The translations under genes were made by a program, and so were the position numbers. Shown here piece after piece: positions 37,536 to 50,489 of a stretch of 64,000 bases of DNA (positions within the stretch are counted from its first letter, which is position 1; each line of letters starts with the position of its first letter). The DNA is taken from contig JBBINR010000010.1 in assembly GCA_037443785.1 (NCBI GenBank), forward strand, positions 23,954-87,953, given 5' to 3'. The notes beneath the pieces are model-generated. The model was not told where the DNA came from. It was given only the letters and a program-made list of their open reading frames with translations, and did not search any database. The DNA is from Ignavibacteriales bacterium. GTDB taxonomy: Bacteria > Bacteroidota > Ignavibacteria > UBA10030 > UBA8401.

Positions 37536-38180
37536 TTATTGACGATTGCTGTTTCGATCAAGAATTTCGCCTTTGCATATCCACACTTTGACGCCAATCT
37601 TTCCGTAGATCGTTGCTGCTTCGGCGTGTGCGTAATCGATATCAGCGCGAATGGTGTGAAGCGGAATTCTTCCATCTTTATATTGTTCCGATCGTGCAAT
37701 TTCAGCGCCGCCCAAACGTCCGGCACACATCACGCGAATTCCTTCAGCACCCATCCTCATTGCTGCCGTGATTGCTTGTTTCATTGCTCGGCGAAACGCG
37801 ATACGGCCTTCCAACTGTGACGCAATATTTTCTGCTACCAATTGCGCATCGAGTTCGGGACGTTTAATTTCGTTGATGAGGATTTTTACTTCTTTATTGG
37901 TTACTTTTTTTAACTCTTCTTCAAGCTGGGTAATTTCTTTTCCGCTCTTGCCAATCACAACGCCAGGACGGGAGGTGTGAATGGTGATTCTAACATTCTT
38001 TGCTGTTCGCTCAATCTGAAGTTTCGATACTCCAGCTTTTTTTAATCGGTTGCGAAGGTAATTTCTGACAACGTAATCTTCCTGCAATTTAACAGCATAA
38101 TTTTTATCATCATACCAGTTGGAATCCCAATTTCTGATGACCCCTAATCGAAAACCTACCGGATTAATTTTCTGTCCCAA
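37536..38180 (-). CDS. rpsC: 30S ribosomal protein S3
   Basis: The canonical S3 N-terminus (M)[12 protein letters not shown] begins at the in-frame TTG 38180-38178, preceded by AAGGAG (38191-38186) with a 5-nt spacer. The track ATG 38228 would overlap rplV by 29 nt. Confidence 0.9.
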   Translation of the reverse strand: MGQKINPVGFRLGVIRNWDSNWYDDKNYAVKLQEDYVVRNYLRNRLKKAGVSKLQIERTAKNVRITIHTSRPGVVIGKSGKEITQLEEELKKVTNKEVKILINEIKRPELDAQLVAENIASQLEGRIAFRRAMKQAITAAMRMGAEGIRVMCAGRLGGAEIARSEQYKDGRIPLHTIRADIDYAHAEAATIYGKIGVKVWICKGEILDRNSNRQ

Positions 38181-38199
38181 AGTAGCTCCTTGGCTATAA

Positions 38200-38553
38200 T
38201 TACTTTTTAACTTTTCGTTGATCGACAACTATTGTCACATGATGCGATCGTTTCAATAATTTATATGCACGTCCCATCGGCGCAGGAAGAATTCGTTTCA
38301 TTGACGGCGCGCCGTTCACAAAACATTCTTTCACAAACAAATCATCGGTGCTCACACCGGCATTGGCATCCTTATTCTGAAAATTTGCAACGGCTGAACG
38401 CAATACTTTTTCAGCAGTCTTTGCAGCATGTTTCGGCTGAAAGTGAAGAATGTTCAACGCTTCACCGATCGATTTTCCTCGAATAAGATCGATCACTAAC
38501 CGCATCTTGCGCGGCGAAGTTCCTACGTAACGATTAATTGCTTTTGCTTCCAT
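38200..38553 (-). CDS. rplV: 50S ribosomal protein L22
   Basis: [26 protein letters not shown] from ATG 38553, with GGAG upstream. The track start 38568 is a TTG five codons further up. Confidence 0.93.
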   Translation of the reverse strand: MEAKAINRYVGTSPRKMRLVIDLIRGKSIGEALNILHFQPKHAAKTAEKVLRSAVANFQNKDANAGVSTDDLFVKECFVNGAPSMKRILPAPMGRAYKLLKRSHHVTIVVDQRKVKK

Positions 38554-38576
38554 GAATTCAAACTCCAAAATTTCAA

Positions 38577-38855
38577 TTATGCGGCTGCTTCAGTTTTCAC
38601 ACCAGGATGTCCACGGAAAATACGTGTCGGTGCAAATTCGCCAAGTTTATGTCCTACCATCGACTCTTGAATATAGACGGGGATAAATTTATTTCCGTTG
38701 TGAACGGCAAATGTATGACCGACGAATTCCGGAGGAATTGTGCACGACCGTGCCCACGTCTTGATCACTTGTTTTTTATTTGTCTTATTCAGCGCTTCTA
38801 CTTTGGACTGCAGGCGCGAATCAATGTATGGACCTTTTTTTAGTGAACGACTCAT
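38577..38855 (-). CDS. rpsS: 30S ribosomal protein S19
   Basis: 92 aa. [12 protein letters not shown] and [17 protein letters not shown]. Confidence 0.97.
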   Translation of the reverse strand: MSRSLKKGPYIDSRLQSKVEALNKTNKKQVIKTWARSCTIPPEFVGHTFAVHNGNKFIPVYIQESMVGHKLGEFAPTRIFRGHPGVKTEAAA

Positions 38856-38868
38856 AATACTCTCTTAA

Positions 38869-39693
38869 TTACTTGCGACGCTTAACAATGTATTTGCTGG
38901 ATTGTTTTTTGTGTTTACGGGTTTTCAAACCTTTTGATTTTTGACCCCACGGACTTACCGGATGACCGCCACCCGAAGTTTTTCCTTCACCGCCGCCCAT
39001 CGGATGATCGACTGGGTTTCGAGATACACCGCGTGATAATGGTCGAATGCCTAACCAACGGGAACGACCTGCTTTACCGATGCTGATATTTTCGTGATCG
39101 ATATTTCCAAGCTGACCAACGGTAGCAAAGCATTCTGCCAATACGTTGCGAACTTCACCCGAAGGGAATTTCAAGAGAACGAATTTTCCTTCTTTCGCCT
39201 GAACCGTTGCAAAATTTCCCGCACTTCGTGCAATTTGTCCGCCTTTACCGGGACGCAATTCGATGTTATGAATCATCGTATTAACCGGCATTGCCTTTAA
39301 CGGAAGCGCATTGCCAAGAATCGGCTCAACCGCCTCACCGGCAACAATCTTTTGTCCAACTTTCAATCCTTCGGGTGCGAGCACATACGTCTTTTCACCA
39401 TCGGGATACTGAACAAGTGCGATGTAGGTTGTTCTGTTCGGATCGTATTCGATACCAACAACTTTACCTTCGATGTTTCGTTTTTCTCTTTTGAAATCGA
39501 TAACGCGATACCGTCGTTTGTGTCCGCCTCCGCGATGACGCGAGGTAACTCGTCCTAAACTGTTTCGACCGCCGCTCTTGGTAATTTTTTCGAGTAACGA
39601 TTTCTCAGGAGTGGTTTTCGTGATCTCATCAAACGTTGCAATCGAATAATATCGAGTTGCAGGGGTCATCGGTTTTAATTTACGTAATGCCAT
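38869..39693 (-). CDS. rplB: 50S ribosomal protein L2
   Basis: 274 aa. [18 protein letters not shown] and [15 protein letters not shown]. Confidence 0.97.
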   Translation of the reverse strand: MALRKLKPMTPATRYYSIATFDEITKTTPEKSLLEKITKSGGRNSLGRVTSRHRGGGHKRRYRVIDFKREKRNIEGKVVGIEYDPNRTTYIALVQYPDGEKTYVLAPEGLKVGQKIVAGEAVEPILGNALPLKAMPVNTMIHNIELRPGKGGQIARSAGNFATVQAKEGKFVLLKFPSGEVRNVLAECFATVGQLGNIDHENISIGKAGRSRWLGIRPLSRGVSRNPVDHPMGGGEGKTSGGGHPVSPWGQKSKGLKTRKHKKQSSKYIVKRRK

Positions 39694-39707
39694 AACTCGC
39701 TCTTCTC

Positions 39708-39998
39708 TTAAACGTTAGCCAAAAAATCTATTGTTTGACCCTCTTTCAAGGTAACGATCGCTTTCTTCCAATCACTTCGTCTTCCGGCAACACGACCGCG
39801 ACGTGTCATTTGTGATTTTGTCTTTCCTTTTACATTTACGGTGCGAACGCTGAGAACATTCACATTGAATTTTTTCTCTACCGCTTTTTGAATCTCAATC
39901 TTGTTTGCTTCGGAATTTACTTTGAAAGCAAATTGACGGGCAGCCGTCAGGGCTGTCATTTTTTCCGTCAACAAGGGTTGTATTAAAATTGCTGTCAT
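39708..39998 (-). CDS. rplW: 50S ribosomal protein L23
   Basis: 96 aa. PLLTEKMT...FKV...[18 protein letters not shown]. Confidence 0.93.
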   Translation of the reverse strand: MTAILIQPLLTEKMTALTAARQFAFKVNSEANKIEIQKAVEKKFNVNVLSVRTVNVKGKTKSQMTRRGRVAGRRSDWKKAIVTLKEGQTIDFLANV

Positions 39999-40015
39999 GA
40001 TTACTACCGTTTCAC

Positions 40016-40663
40016 TTAGTTCGCAAATGTTTTGTGAATCACATCCACACTGCTCTTGAATACAACAACGACGTTATTATTCAGGATATCGTATGTTGAC
40101 GCTTTTGCTGCTTCCAGCACATTCAACGTCGGAATATTTCTTCCGGACTTCAGCACATTCTGATCGTTTTTCGATGTCAACAAAAGAACTTTCTTCTTAT
40201 TGACTTGGAGAGCAGAAAGAATTTCAGCCATCTCTTTTGTCTTTGGTGAGTCAAAAGAAAAATCTTCGACAACAACAATCTGACCGTCTTTTGCTTTATA
40301 CGACCATGCAGATTTTCGCGCAAGTCGTTTTACTTTTGCAGGAAGCTTCACAACATAATCGTGAGGTTTCGGTCCGAAAATTGTACCGCCGCCAACCTGT
40401 AAGGGTGAACGACTTGTACCTTGACGGGCACGGCCGGTTTTCTTTTGTGCAAAGGGTTTCTTTCCACCACCGCGTACTTCACCACGCTCTTTGGTTTTAT
40501 GAGTTCCCTGCCGTTGATTTGCCCAATATGATCTGACTGCTTGATAGATCGCATGATCATTCGGTGCAATTTCAAATATGTCCGACTTCAACTCTATCGT
40601 TTCGCCGGACTTCGTACCATCTTTTTTTAAGACATCAATATTCATAGCTGATGCTTTCGCCAT
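40016..40663 (-). CDS. rplD: 50S ribosomal protein L4
   Basis: 215 aa. [37 protein letters not shown]. An alternative ATG lies 6 codons downstream. Confidence 0.95.
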   Translation of the reverse strand: MAKASAMNIDVLKKDGTKSGETIELKSDIFEIAPNDHAIYQAVRSYWANQRQGTHKTKERGEVRGGGKKPFAQKKTGRARQGTSRSPLQVGGGTIFGPKPHDYVVKLPAKVKRLARKSAWSYKAKDGQIVVVEDFSFDSPKTKEMAEILSALQVNKKKVLLLTSKNDQNVLKSGRNIPTLNVLEAAKASTYDILNNNVVVVFKSSVDVIHKTFAN

Positions 40664-40668
40664 TCGGT

Positions 40669-41289
40669 TTATTTCGTAATAGTCACGTAAGTATTTTTCG
40701 CTCCGGGAATCGAACCTTTCACGAGGATCAGATTTGATTCCGGAATGACTTTGAGAACTGTAAGATTTTTTACCGTCACATTTTCAAATCCCATGCGACC
40801 GGCCATTTTCATTCCTTTGAAAACGCGTGATGGATATGACGATCCGCCGATAGATCCGGGGGCACGCTGACGGTCGGATTGTCCGTGTGTTTGACTGCCA
40901 ACACCGCCGAAATGATGCCGGCGAACGACGCCTTGAAAACCCTTACCTTTGGATTTTGAAGTGACATCAACAACATCGCCCTTCGTAAAAATGTCCACTT
41001 TCACTTCTTGACCAAGTTCTAATTTCGATCCGTTGAAATTTTTAAACTCACGAAGCAAACGAAGAGCTTTTGTACCAACTTTGGCAAAGTGGCCCTTCAA
41101 AGGTTTGTCAACAAGACGCTCGGGTTTTTCATCAAATCCCAGCTGTACGGCCTCATATCCGTCTTTATCTTTAGTTCTAATTTGAGTGACAAAGCATGGA
41201 CCTGCTTCAATAACGGTGCACGGCACAGATACTCCGTTGTCGTCATAGACGCTTGTCATGCCAATCTTTTTTCCTAAAATTCCACTCAC
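40669..41289 (-). CDS. rplC: 50S ribosomal protein L3
   Basis: 206 aa. [16 protein letters not shown] and [17 protein letters not shown]. Confidence 0.97.
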   Translation of the reverse strand: MSGILGKKIGMTSVYDDNGVSVPCTVIEAGPCFVTQIRTKDKDGYEAVQLGFDEKPERLVDKPLKGHFAKVGTKALRLLREFKNFNGSKLELGQEVKVDIFTKGDVVDVTSKSKGKGFQGVVRRHHFGGVGSQTHGQSDRQRAPGSIGGSSYPSRVFKGMKMAGRMGFENVTVKNLTVLKVIPESNLILVKGSIPGAKNTYVTITK

Positions 41290-41342
41290 GGGTTTATTCT
41301 CCTTGAGAACAATCGAATTCGTAACACAAGTATTGCTTTACA

Positions 41343-41651
41343 CTAAACTTTAATTTCTACATCAACACCGGCCGGAAGATCGAGCTTCATCAACGCATCG
41401 ACAGTCTTTGAACCGGAGGAAAGAATATCGATCAATCGCTTGTGCGATTTGATTTGAAACTGCTCACGCGACTTTTTATCAACGTGCGGTGAACGGTTCA
41501 CTGTAAACACCGACCGTCGTGTTGGAAGAGGAATGGGTCCCGATACAACTGCTCCGGTTGATTTTACAGTTTTGATGATCTTTTCAGCCGATTTGTCGAT
41601 CAGGTTATGATCGTACGACTTTAACTTGATACGTATTTTTTGTCCTGCCAA
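41343..41651 (-). CDS. rpsJ: 30S ribosomal protein S10
   Basis: 102 aa. [22 protein letters not shown] and GPIPLPTRR. Confidence 0.97.
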   Translation of the reverse strand: MAGQKIRIKLKSYDHNLIDKSAEKIIKTVKSTGAVVSGPIPLPTRRSVFTVNRSPHVDKKSREQFQIKSHKRLIDILSSGSKTVDALMKLDLPAGVDVEIKV

Positions 41652-41675
41652 TGTAATTCTTCTCCTCGAGATGCA

Positions 41676-41697
41676 CTGCGGTAATTGCTTACCGCAG
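41676..41697 (-). promoter_or_regulatory. stable hairpin in the tuf-rpsJ spacer (S10-operon leader element or attenuator candidate)
   Basis: Perfect 9-bp stem CTGCGGTAA / TTACCGCAG with a 4-nt loop. It lies 20 nt after the tuf stop and 24 nt before the rpsJ ATG. No U-run follows. Confidence 0.3.
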
Positions 41698-41717
41698 CTT
41701 AATTCTCGAAACTATTT

Positions 41718-42923
41718 TTACTCAATAATTTTTGTTACAACACCAGCACCAACTGTACGGCCGCCTTCGCGGATAGCAAAGCGAAGACCTTCGTCCATAG
41801 CAATTGTCGAGATTAACTCAATTTGCATGTTGTCAACGTTGTCACCAGGCATAACCATTTCAACGCCTGAGGGCAATGTTACAACGCCGGTCACGTCGGT
41901 AGTACGGAAATAGAACTGAGGACGATATCCGTTGATGAACGGAGTATGGCGTCCGCCTTCTTCTTTTTTCAAAACGTACACCTGAGCTGAGAATTTTTTA
42001 TGCGGTGTGATTGAACCCGGTTTTGCAAGAACCATTCCGCGTTCAAGTTCGTCTTTTTCAATTCCACGAAGCAGTAAACCAGCATTATCACCAGCATGCA
42101 CTTCATCAAGTTCTTTACGGAACATTTCTGCACCGGTGATAACAGTTTTCTTGTGTGCGCCAAGACCAATCACTTCAATTTCGTCTCCAACTTTTGCACG
42201 ACCGCGTTCGCAACGGCCAGTTCCTACGGTTCCACGACCGGTAATTGAAAATACGTCTTCAACCGGCATCAAGAACGGTTTATCGACATCGCGTTTTGGT
42301 TCTGGAATATAAGTATCGCATGCGGCCATCAAATCGAGAATCGGTTTGTATGCCGGATCATCGATCGGTTTTCCTGCAGCATATGCTTCAAGAGCTTTTG
42401 TCGCAGAACCGCGAATAATCGGAATTTCATCACCAGGGAATTTGTTTGCAGTAAGAAGTTCGCGCAATTCCATTTCGACCAAGTCAAGCAATTCCGGATC
42501 AGCAATATCAACTTTATTTAAGAACACAACAATCTTCGGCACACCAACTTGATACGCGAGAAGAATGTGTTCACGAGTCTGCGGCATCGGACCATCTGTA
42601 CCAGCAACAACAAGGATTGCACCGTCCATTTGTGCCGCACCGGTGATCATGTTTTTGACATAGTCAGCGTGACCAGGGCAGTCAACGTGTGCATAGTGAC
42701 GATTTTCTGTTTGGTATTCTACGTGCGCCGTTGCAATCGTAATACCGCGTTCACGTTCTTCCGGTGCGTTGTCGATAGAATCGAATGTACGAACCGACGA
42801 AAGACCTTTTTGTGCGAGCGTCATTGTAATTGCCGCTGTAAGAGATGTCTTACCATGATCAACGTGACCAATTGTACCGATGTTCACATGCGGCTTACTG
42901 CGATCAAATTTTTCTTTTGCCAT
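41718..42923 (-). CDS. tuf: elongation factor Tu
   Basis: 401 aa. [45 protein letters not shown]. Confidence 0.98.
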   Translation of the reverse strand: MAKEKFDRSKPHVNIGTIGHVDHGKTSLTAAITMTLAQKGLSSVRTFDSIDNAPEERERGITIATAHVEYQTENRHYAHVDCPGHADYVKNMITGAAQMDGAILVVAGTDGPMPQTREHILLAYQVGVPKIVVFLNKVDIADPELLDLVEMELRELLTANKFPGDEIPIIRGSATKALEAYAAGKPIDDPAYKPILDLMAACDTYIPEPKRDVDKPFLMPVEDVFSITGRGTVGTGRCERGRAKVGDEIEVIGLGAHKKTVITGAEMFRKELDEVHAGDNAGLLLRGIEKDELERGMVLAKPGSITPHKKFSAQVYVLKKEEGGRHTPFINGYRPQFYFRTTDVTGVVTLPSGVEMVMPGDNVDNMQIELISTIAMDEGLRFAIREGGRTVGAGVVTKIIE

Positions 42924-42971
42924 GAGGATTTCTCCTTATTAATAGTTTATTGATTAATTCAATTTCAAAAA

Positions 42972-45065
42972 TTACGAAGCTTTACCTTTTACTTTTTCAA
43001 TAATCTGATCTGAAATCGATCGCGGCGTTTCGTCATAGTGGTCAAACTGCATCGTGTATAATGCACGACCTTGAGTCATCGAACGAAGCGTTGTTGCATA
43101 TCCAAACATTTCAGACAGAGGAACCATTGCTTTAATAACTTGCGCGTCTTTACGAGGATTGATTCCTTCGATTTTCCCGCGGCGTGAATTCAAATCACCC
43201 ATCACATCACCCAAATAATCTTCCGGTGAAACAACTTCAACCGCCATAATCGGCTCCAGAATAACCGGGTTTGCTTTTTTCGCACCTTCCTGGAATGCCA
43301 TTGAACCAGCGATCTTAAATGCCATTTCCGAGGAGTCAACATCATGATATGAGCCGTCGAACAATCGAACTTTCACATCTTCAACCGGATATCCGGCAAG
43401 AATTCCATTCTTTAAAGCTTCTTTAATACCTTCGGATACAGGCTTAATAAATTCACGCGGAATCACGCCACCGACGACCGCATCTTCAAACTCATACCCT
43501 TTTCCTTTTTCGTTTGGCTCAAGATCAATCCATACGTGACCATATTGACCTTTACCGCCCGACTGACGAACAAATTTTCCTTCGGCAGTAACTTTCTTTC
43601 GGATTGTTTCTTTGTATGCCACCTGAGGTTTGCCGACGTTCGCTTCGACTTTAAATTCACGCTTCATGCGATCGACGATAATTTCAAGATGAAGTTCACC
43701 CATTCCACCGATAATGGTTTGACCGGTTTCATGGTTTGTAGAAATCCTAAATGTCGGATCTTCTTCAGCAAGCTTCTGCATCGCTTCAGACATTTTTTCC
43801 TGATCAGCCTTCGTCTTCGGCTCAATCGCCTGATGAATAACCGGCTCGGGAAATATCATCTTTTCGAGAATAATAGGATCATCTTCACCACACAATGTAT
43901 CACCCGTTCGCGTATTCTTAAAACCAATAGCCGCTAGAATATCGCCTGCATATCCTTCATCAACATCTTCACGATGATTTGCGTGCATACGAAGCACACG
44001 GCCGATACGTTCTTTCTTTTCACTTGTCGAATTGTAAAGATAAGAACCTGCTTTTACCGTACCGCTGTAAATTCTGAAAAATGTCAATCGACCGACATAA
44101 GGATCGGTCATAATCTTAAACGCAAGAGCTGTAAACTTTTCATTGTCTGAAATCTTGCGACTCACCATATCGGTAAGATTTGTGTGGTGACCTGAAATCA
44201 CACCGTTTTGAATATCAACCGGTGAAGGCAGGAAATTGATAATCGAATCCAACAACATCTGAACGCCTTTATTTTTAAAGGACGATCCACACAACACCGG
44301 AATAATACTTACTTTTAAACACGCACGCCGCAATACTTCAAGAATTTCATTTTCAGAAATTTCTTTGCCCTCTAAATACTTTTCAAGAAGCGAATCATCT
44401 TCATCCGAGACAGCTTCAAGCATCTTGGTACGATATTCTGCAGCCTGCGCTTGGAGATCGTGAGGAATTTCAATTTCGTCCCACGTCATACCGTTTGATT
44501 CTTCATGAAAAATATGAGCTTTCATTTTCACGAGATCGATAATTCCTTTGAACATATCTCCTTGGCCAACCGGAAGATGAATCGGAACAGCATTGGCACC
44601 CAAACGCTCTTTCATCATTCCAACAGCACCAAGAAAATCAGCGCCAATACGATCCATTTTGTTCACAAACGCGATACGCGGAACACCATACTTGTCTGCC
44701 TGTCGCCATACAGTTTCGGACTGCGGTTCAACTCCACCCACTGAGCAAAATAATGCAACCGCACCGTCAAGAACGCGCAATGAACGCTCAACCTCAATCG
44801 TAAAATCAACGTGACCAGGGGTATCAATAATATTAATACGATGATCGCGCCAGAAACATGTTGTTGCAGCAGAAGTAATTGTAATACCTCGCTCTTTCTC
44901 CTGCTCCATCCAATCCATTGTTGCAGCGCCGTCGTGCACTTCACCCATACGGTGTAAAACACCTGTATAGAATAGAATACGCTCAGTCGTCGTCGTCTTG
45001 CCGGCGTCGATGTGAGCCATAATTCCAATATTGCGAGTTCGCTCTAATGAGTATTTACGAGGCAT
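42972..45065 (-). CDS. fusA: elongation factor G
   Basis: 697 aa. [52 protein letters not shown]. Confidence 0.98.
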   Translation of the reverse strand: MPRKYSLERTRNIGIMAHIDAGKTTTTERILFYTGVLHRMGEVHDGAATMDWMEQEKERGITITSAATTCFWRDHRINIIDTPGHVDFTIEVERSLRVLDGAVALFCSVGGVEPQSETVWRQADKYGVPRIAFVNKMDRIGADFLGAVGMMKERLGANAVPIHLPVGQGDMFKGIIDLVKMKAHIFHEESNGMTWDEIEIPHDLQAQAAEYRTKMLEAVSDEDDSLLEKYLEGKEISENEILEVLRRACLKVSIIPVLCGSSFKNKGVQMLLDSIINFLPSPVDIQNGVISGHHTNLTDMVSRKISDNEKFTALAFKIMTDPYVGRLTFFRIYSGTVKAGSYLYNSTSEKKERIGRVLRMHANHREDVDEGYAGDILAAIGFKNTRTGDTLCGEDDPIILEKMIFPEPVIHQAIEPKTKADQEKMSEAMQKLAEEDPTFRISTNHETGQTIIGGMGELHLEIIVDRMKREFKVEANVGKPQVAYKETIRKKVTAEGKFVRQSGGKGQYGHVWIDLEPNEKGKGYEFEDAVVGGVIPREFIKPVSEGIKEALKNGILAGYPVEDVKVRLFDGSYHDVDSSEMAFKIAGSMAFQEGAKKANPVILEPIMAVEVVSPEDYLGDVMGDLNSRRGKIEGINPRKDAQVIKAMVPLSEMFGYATTLRSMTQGRALYTMQFDHYDETPRSISDQIIEKVKGKAS

Positions 45066-45145
45066 ATAAAACCTTTAGTCTTTAGATGAGATGATACACT
45101 CATCCAAAGAATTCAAATTCAAATGTTATGTTTTACTTAAAAAAA

Positions 45146-45616
45146 TTACCACTTAAAGTGAGCAAACGCCTTGTTTGCCTCAGCCATGCGGTGAGTATCT
45201 TCTTTCTTCTTCACGGCATTGCCTTCGCCATTTGCAGCCGCAATAATTTCAGCAGCAAGCTTTAATGACATCGCTTTATCCGAACGTTCTTTTGCATATG
45301 TTAATAGCCAACGAATTGCGAGAGCGGTTCGCCGTTCGGGACGAACTTCTGTAGGAACCTGATAGGTTGCTCCGCCAACTCTCCGTGCTCTAATTTCGAT
45401 CACAGGAGAAACATTGTGTACAGCCTTTTTAAAAACATCGATCGGATTTTGAGTTTTAACACGTTCTCCAACAATATCTAACGCACCATAAAGAATGCTC
45501 TGAGCAGTGTGCTTTTTGCCATCTTCCATAATATTGTTAATAAAACGATTTACCAGAACGTCTCCAAATTTCGGATCTGCTGCAACAATACGTTTTGATG
45601 CTTGTTTTTTTCTCAT
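45146..45616 (-). CDS. rpsG: 30S ribosomal protein S7
   Basis: 156 aa. [22 protein letters not shown] and the C-terminus KAFAHFKW. Confidence 0.97.
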   Translation of the reverse strand: MRKKQASKRIVAADPKFGDVLVNRFINNIMEDGKKHTAQSILYGALDIVGERVKTQNPIDVFKKAVHNVSPVIEIRARRVGGATYQVPTEVRPERRTALAIRWLLTYAKERSDKAMSLKLAAEIIAAANGEGNAVKKKEDTHRMAEANKAFAHFKW

Positions 45617-45635
45617 CGGAAATTAGTATATCCCT

Positions 45636-46007
45636 TTATTTCGGCTTTTTGGCGCCATATTTCGAACGCCCTTGTTTTCTATCGGTGACACCCGCTGTAT
45701 CCAACGCTCCACGAATAATATGATAACGAACACCAGGCAAATCCTTTACACGACCACCACGAATTAAGACAATCGAGTGCTCTTGCAAATTATGACCTTC
45801 ACCCGGAATATATGCCGTTACTTCAATTCCGTTTACTAAACGTACACGGGCTACTTTACGAAGCGCAGAATTAGGCTTTTTTGGTGTTGTGGTATATACT
45901 CTTGTACACACACCTCTTTTTTGCGGGTTCGAAGCAAGTGCAGGCGACTTACTTTTTACCACAAGTTCCTCACGTCCGAGTCTAACTAATTGATTAATCG
46001 TAGGCAA
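45636..46007 (-). CDS. rpsL: 30S ribosomal protein S12
   Basis: 123 aa. [13 protein letters not shown] and [17 protein letters not shown]. Confidence 0.98.
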   Translation of the reverse strand: MPTINQLVRLGREELVVKSKSPALASNPQKRGVCTRVYTTTPKKPNSALRKVARVRLVNGIEVTAYIPGEGHNLQEHSIVLIRGGRVKDLPGVRYHIIRGALDTAGVTDRKQGRSKYGAKKPK

Positions 46008-46051
46008 AGCTACAATCTCCAGTCTTTATTCTTTGTAAAAGATAGCTTGTT

Positions 46052-46080
46052 AATATATAAAAAATATTATTTGATGTCAA
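46052..46080 (-). promoter_or_regulatory. sigma70-type promoter upstream of rpsL (internal to the supercluster)
   Basis: The minus strand reads TTGACA (46080-46075), a 17-nt spacer, then TATATT (46057-46052). It sits about 45 nt upstream of the rpsL ATG in the AT-rich rpoC-rpsL spacer. Confidence 0.55.
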
Positions 46081-46123
46081 TAAAACATTAAAATTTATTT
46101 TAAAATAATGCCATTTTTGAATT

Positions 46124-49100
46124 TTAGGACGAAACTTTTGATTTCTTCCTAACTTTCTTTACGAGCACAACTTCTTCTTCCTTCATTTCAGCACCAGTCT
46201 CTTCAGTCTTCGGCTTCTCAACGTAACGACTCGGTCTTTTTGAAGTAACGAGGACTTCTCTGAATTTTTTCAATCCAGTTCCTGCTGGAATAAGATGTCC
46301 CATAATAACATTCTCTTTTAATCCCAACAGGTGGTCGATTTTCCCTTCGATAGCCGCTTCGGTTAACACTTTCGTTGTTTCCTGGAATGACGCCGCAGAA
46401 ATAAAGCTGTCGGTCGACAACGACGCCGTGGTAATACCAAGAAGAACCGGCTCAGAAAGAGCAGGCTCTGCATCCCTAAATTCGATTTGCTTTTTCTCTT
46501 TCTTCTTTAGATCAGTATTGATTTCTTTAACTTTTTTCTTTTCGACCACAATATTGCTTTTCAATTTCGAATCGCCTTTGTGTTCGATGAAGACCATTCC
46601 TTCGAGTTCCTTATTGGCTTCCTCAAATTTTACCTTGTCAATATAATCGCCTTCAAGGAAGTGCGTATCACCCGGATCAGTGACACGAACCTTTTGCATC
46701 ATCTGGCGTACGATAATTTCAATGTGCTTATCGTTGATTTTCACACCCTGCATACGATAAACTTCCTGGATTTCGTTCACAAGATATTCTTGAACAGTGC
46801 TTGTTCCTTTGATTCTGAGAATGTCATGTGGATCAATTGCGCCGTCCGAAAGTCGTTCACCACTGCGAATGATATCATTTTCCTGAACAAGAACATGCTT
46901 TCCGAGCGCGATCATATACACTTTTCGCTCTTTTCCATCATGACTTGTTACGATTACTTCTCGCGATCCACGTTTTTGCGCACCGAACGAAACAACTCCA
47001 TCGATTTCACTGACAACAGACGGATCTGAAGGCGATCGCGCTTCAAACAATTCCGTAACACGCGGCAAACCTCCGGTGATATCCCGCGTCTTACCAATGT
47101 CTCTCGGAATTTTTACAAGAACAGTTCCTGCAGCAATTGCTTCTCCATCATCGACGAGAATATGCGCTCTGGTCGGTATAATATAGTTTGCAATTTTCTT
47201 CCCAGCTTTATCAACAATCATAATTGATGGACTGAGATTTCGATCGCGTGATTCGATAACAACTTTTTGAATGTGGCCCGTCTGTTCATCCGGCTCATCC
47301 CGATACGTAATATTTTCTTTTAAATCCTGATACTTCACTACACCGGCATGTTCAGAAATAATGGTCGCATTGTATGGATCCCATTCATACAATAATTGCC
47401 CCTTTTTAACTTCTGCGCCATCACCCAATTGAAGCATCGCACCGTACGGAACATCGTACTTCGTCAACGGGGCATTATCATTATTTAACACATGAATAAT
47501 TCCACTTCGACCCAACGAAAGAATTTTTTCTCCTTCTTCCGTTGTTACTTTTACCATCTTAATACCTTCATACTTCACAAAACCATCAAACTTCGACGTG
47601 ATGTGAGATTGTGATGCAATCAAACTTGCTGTTCCACCAGTGTGGAATGTACGAAGCGTTAACTGTGTGCCGGGTTCACCGATTGATTGTGCTGCAATAA
47701 TTCCAACCGTTTCACCAACTTCAACAAGTTTACCGGTCGTCAAATTTCGTCCGTAACATTTTGCGCAGACACCGCGTTTTGATTCACATGTCAACACAGA
47801 ACGAATTTCGACTTGTTCAATCGATGTTTCTGAAATTCTTTGTGCAATTTCTTCGTCGATAATCTCGCCGGTCTTAACAAGAATTGTTCCGCTCATCGGA
47901 TCTTTCACATCGTGAACAGAAACTCTTCCGAGAATTCTTTCTGACAACGGTTCTTTCACGTCTTCACCTTCTTTTAAAGCTCCGGTGAAAACGCCGCGGA
48001 ATGTACCGCAATCTTCTTCAGAAATAATTGCATCTTGAGCAACGTCAACAAGACGTCGTGTTAAATATCCGGCATCAGCTGTTTTTAACGCTGTATCGGC
48101 AAGACCTTTACGAGCACCGTGAGTAGAAATAAAGTATTCAAGAATTGTCAATCCTTCGCGGAAGTTTGCGATGATCGGGTTTTCAATCAATTCACCTGTC
48201 GCACCGGAAAGAGATTTCTGCGGTTTCGCCATCAATCCGCGCATACCGGCGAGCTGACGAACCTGTTCTTTCGAACCGCGTGCGCCGGAATCAATCATCA
48301 TATAAATAGAGTTGAAACCTTCTTTGGAATTTTGCAATGAATCAAACAAGCGTTCTGCAACACGGCTTGTTGTTCGCGTCCAAATGTCGATAACCTTATT
48401 GTATCGTTCACCGTTTGTAATGAATCCGTTTTGATATTGTTTTTCAACCGAATCAACTTCTTTTTGCGCGCGATTGATGAGATCTTCTTTCTCTTTCGGA
48501 ATTGCAACATCGGATACGTTTACAGAGAGTCCGCCTTTCATCGCGTACGTGAATCCGAGGGTCTTCATTTCATCAAGGAATTTTGCTGTGCGCATGTTTC
48601 CACACTTGCGGAATGTTTGCGCAATGATTTGCACTAAACGTTTCTTGCTCAGCAATTCATTGATGTATCCTAAATCTTCCGGAACAATTTGATTGAAGAT
48701 AACACGACCCGTTGTCGTTTCAATTTGTTTTCCGTTGTAGCGAACTTTGATCCGTGCATGAAGATCAATTTTCCCCTCATTGCGTGCGATAACAACCTCT
48801 TTCGCTGAGGCAAAAATCATTCCTTCGCCCTTTGCCCCGGTGCGAGATTTTGTCAAATAGTAGCATCCAAGAACTTGATCTTGCGTTGGTGTGATAATTG
48901 GCGCACCGCTAGCCGGTGAAAGAATGTTGTGCGATGACAACATTAAAATTCGCGCTTCCAATTGTGCGTCGAACGACAACGGAACGTGGACAGCCATTTG
49001 ATCGCCGTCGAAGTCCGCGTTGAATGCCGTACACACCATCGGGTGAATTCGAATTGCTTTTCCTTCTACAAGCACAGGTTGAAACGCTTGGATACCAAGT

Positions 49101-50428
49101 CTGTGAAGTGTGGGAGCGCGGTTTAATAATACCGGATGTCCATCAATGATCTGTTCAAGAATTTCCCAGATCTCTTGTCCCTTTTTCTCAACCATTTTCT
49201 TCGCACTCTTCACGGTCTTGGAAAGTCCGCGTTCAATCAATTTGCGAATGATGAATGGTTTGAATAATTCAACCGCCATGTCTTTGGGAAGACCGCATTG
49301 ATGCAATTGTAATTCCGGACCAACAACAATAACCGAACGACCTGAATAGTCAACGCGTTTACCGAGTAAGTTCTGACGGAAGCGTCCTTGCTTTCCTTTC
49401 AACATATCGGAAAGAGATTTCAGCGCGCGATTGTTGTCGCTGCGAACGGCATTGTTGCGTCGTGAATTATCAAACAATGAATCAACTGCTTCCTGCAACA
49501 TGCGTTTTTCATTGCGCAAGATAACTTCAGGAGCTTTAATATCGATCAATCTTTTTAAACGATTGTTACGGATAATAACACGGCGATAGAGATCATTAAG
49601 ATCTGATGTTGCAAAGCGTCCGCCTTCGAGCGGAACAAGAGGACGAAGTTCCGGAGGAATGACAGGAATAACATCCAGTACCATCCAATCAGGTTTATTT
49701 GCCGGACCACCTTCACGTTCGCGGAATGCTTCGATAACGCGAAGTCGTTTTAAATGCTCTTGTTTTTTTTGCTGCGAAGTTTCAACACGAAGCTGTGCGC
49801 GCAGTTCAGCAGACAATAATTCTACATCAACGCTGCGAAGCAAAACTTTTACCGCTTCACCACCAATTTTTGCAACAAATTTTTTCGGGTCGTCATCTTC
49901 AAGATCTTGATTTTTTTCCGGAAGCGAAGATAAGATTTCAAAGTATTGATCTTCGGTGATCAAATCTTTGTGCTGCAAACCTGTCGTTCCGGGATTTGTT
50001 ACAACGTACGATTCGTAATAAACAATCTTTTCAAGATCTTTGTTTGATAGACCAAGAATATAACTGATCTTGCTCGGCAATGAACGGAAATACCAGATGT
50101 GCACGATCGGCACTGCGAGTGCAATGTGTCCCATTCGTTCGCGGCGCACACTTTTTTGAGTGACTTCAACACCGCAACGATCGCAGATAATGCCTTTGTA
50201 CCGAATGCGTTTGTATTTTCCGCAGTAACATTCCCAGTCACGCGTCGGACCGAAAATTCTTTCGCAGAATAATCCATCACGTTCCGGACGGAATGATCGG
50301 TAGTTGATGGTTTCCGGTTTTGTTACTTCACCGTATGATCGAGTCAGAATTGCATCAGAGGAAGCAAGACTGATGCTGATTCTTGAAAAAATTTTATGTG
50401 CTTTTGTGTCGTTTGAGCGAAACATCAT
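46124..50428 (-). CDS. rpoC: DNA-directed RNA polymerase subunit beta-prime
   Basis: 1434 aa. Zinc motif [23 protein letters not shown] and catalytic [12 protein letters not shown]. It carries a charged C-terminal tail. Confidence 0.98.
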   Translation of the reverse strand: MMFRSNDTKAHKIFSRISISLASSDAILTRSYGEVTKPETINYRSFRPERDGLFCERIFGPTRDWECYCGKYKRIRYKGIICDRCGVEVTQKSVRRERMGHIALAVPIVHIWYFRSLPSKISYILGLSNKDLEKIVYYESYVVTNPGTTGLQHKDLITEDQYFEILSSLPEKNQDLEDDDPKKFVAKIGGEAVKVLLRSVDVELLSAELRAQLRVETSQQKKQEHLKRLRVIEAFREREGGPANKPDWMVLDVIPVIPPELRPLVPLEGGRFATSDLNDLYRRVIIRNNRLKRLIDIKAPEVILRNEKRMLQEAVDSLFDNSRRNNAVRSDNNRALKSLSDMLKGKQGRFRQNLLGKRVDYSGRSVIVVGPELQLHQCGLPKDMAVELFKPFIIRKLIERGLSKTVKSAKKMVEKKGQEIWEILEQIIDGHPVLLNRAPTLHRLGIQAFQPVLVEGKAIRIHPMVCTAFNADFDGDQMAVHVPLSFDAQLEARILMLSSHNILSPASGAPIITPTQDQVLGCYYLTKSRTGAKGEGMIFASAKEVVIARNEGKIDLHARIKVRYNGKQIETTTGRVIFNQIVPEDLGYINELLSKKRLVQIIAQTFRKCGNMRTAKFLDEMKTLGFTYAMKGGLSVNVSDVAIPKEKEDLINRAQKEVDSVEKQYQNGFITNGERYNKVIDIWTRTTSRVAERLFDSLQNSKEGFNSIYMMIDSGARGSKEQVRQLAGMRGLMAKPQKSLSGATGELIENPIIANFREGLTILEYFISTHGARKGLADTALKTADAGYLTRRLVDVAQDAIISEEDCGTFRGVFTGALKEGEDVKEPLSERILGRVSVHDVKDPMSGTILVKTGEIIDEEIAQRISETSIEQVEIRSVLTCESKRGVCAKCYGRNLTTGKLVEVGETVGIIAAQSIGEPGTQLTLRTFHTGGTASLIASQSHITSKFDGFVKYEGIKMVKVTTEEGEKILSLGRSGIIHVLNNDNAPLTKYDVPYGAMLQLGDGAEVKKGQLLYEWDPYNATIISEHAGVVKYQDLKENITYRDEPDEQTGHIQKVVIESRDRNLSPSIMIVDKAGKKIANYIIPTRAHILVDDGEAIAAGTVLVKIPRDIGKTRDITGGLPRVTELFEARSPSDPSVVSEIDGVVSFGAQKRGSREVIVTSHDGKERKVYMIALGKHVLVQENDIIRSGERLSDGAIDPHDILRIKGTSTVQEYLVNEIQEVYRMQGVKINDKHIEIIVRQMMQKVRVTDPGDTHFLEGDYIDKVKFEEANKELEGMVFIEHKGDSKLKSNIVVEKKKVKEINTDLKKKEKKQIEFRDAEPALSEPVLLGITTASLSTDSFISAASFQETTKVLTEAAIEGKIDHLLGLKENVIMGHLIPAGTGLKKFREVLVTSKRPSRYVEKPKTEETGAEMKEEEVVLVKKVRKKSKVSS

Positions 50429-50489
50429 CTCTTTAACTCCATATTAAGTTAATGAATGGCAGTGCTGCGTTTGAGCCTTAAACCACCCT

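Noticed and set aside
37514-37726. 70-aa minus-strand ORF
   Set aside because: It is an alternative frame inside rpsC with no RBS and no recognisable family.
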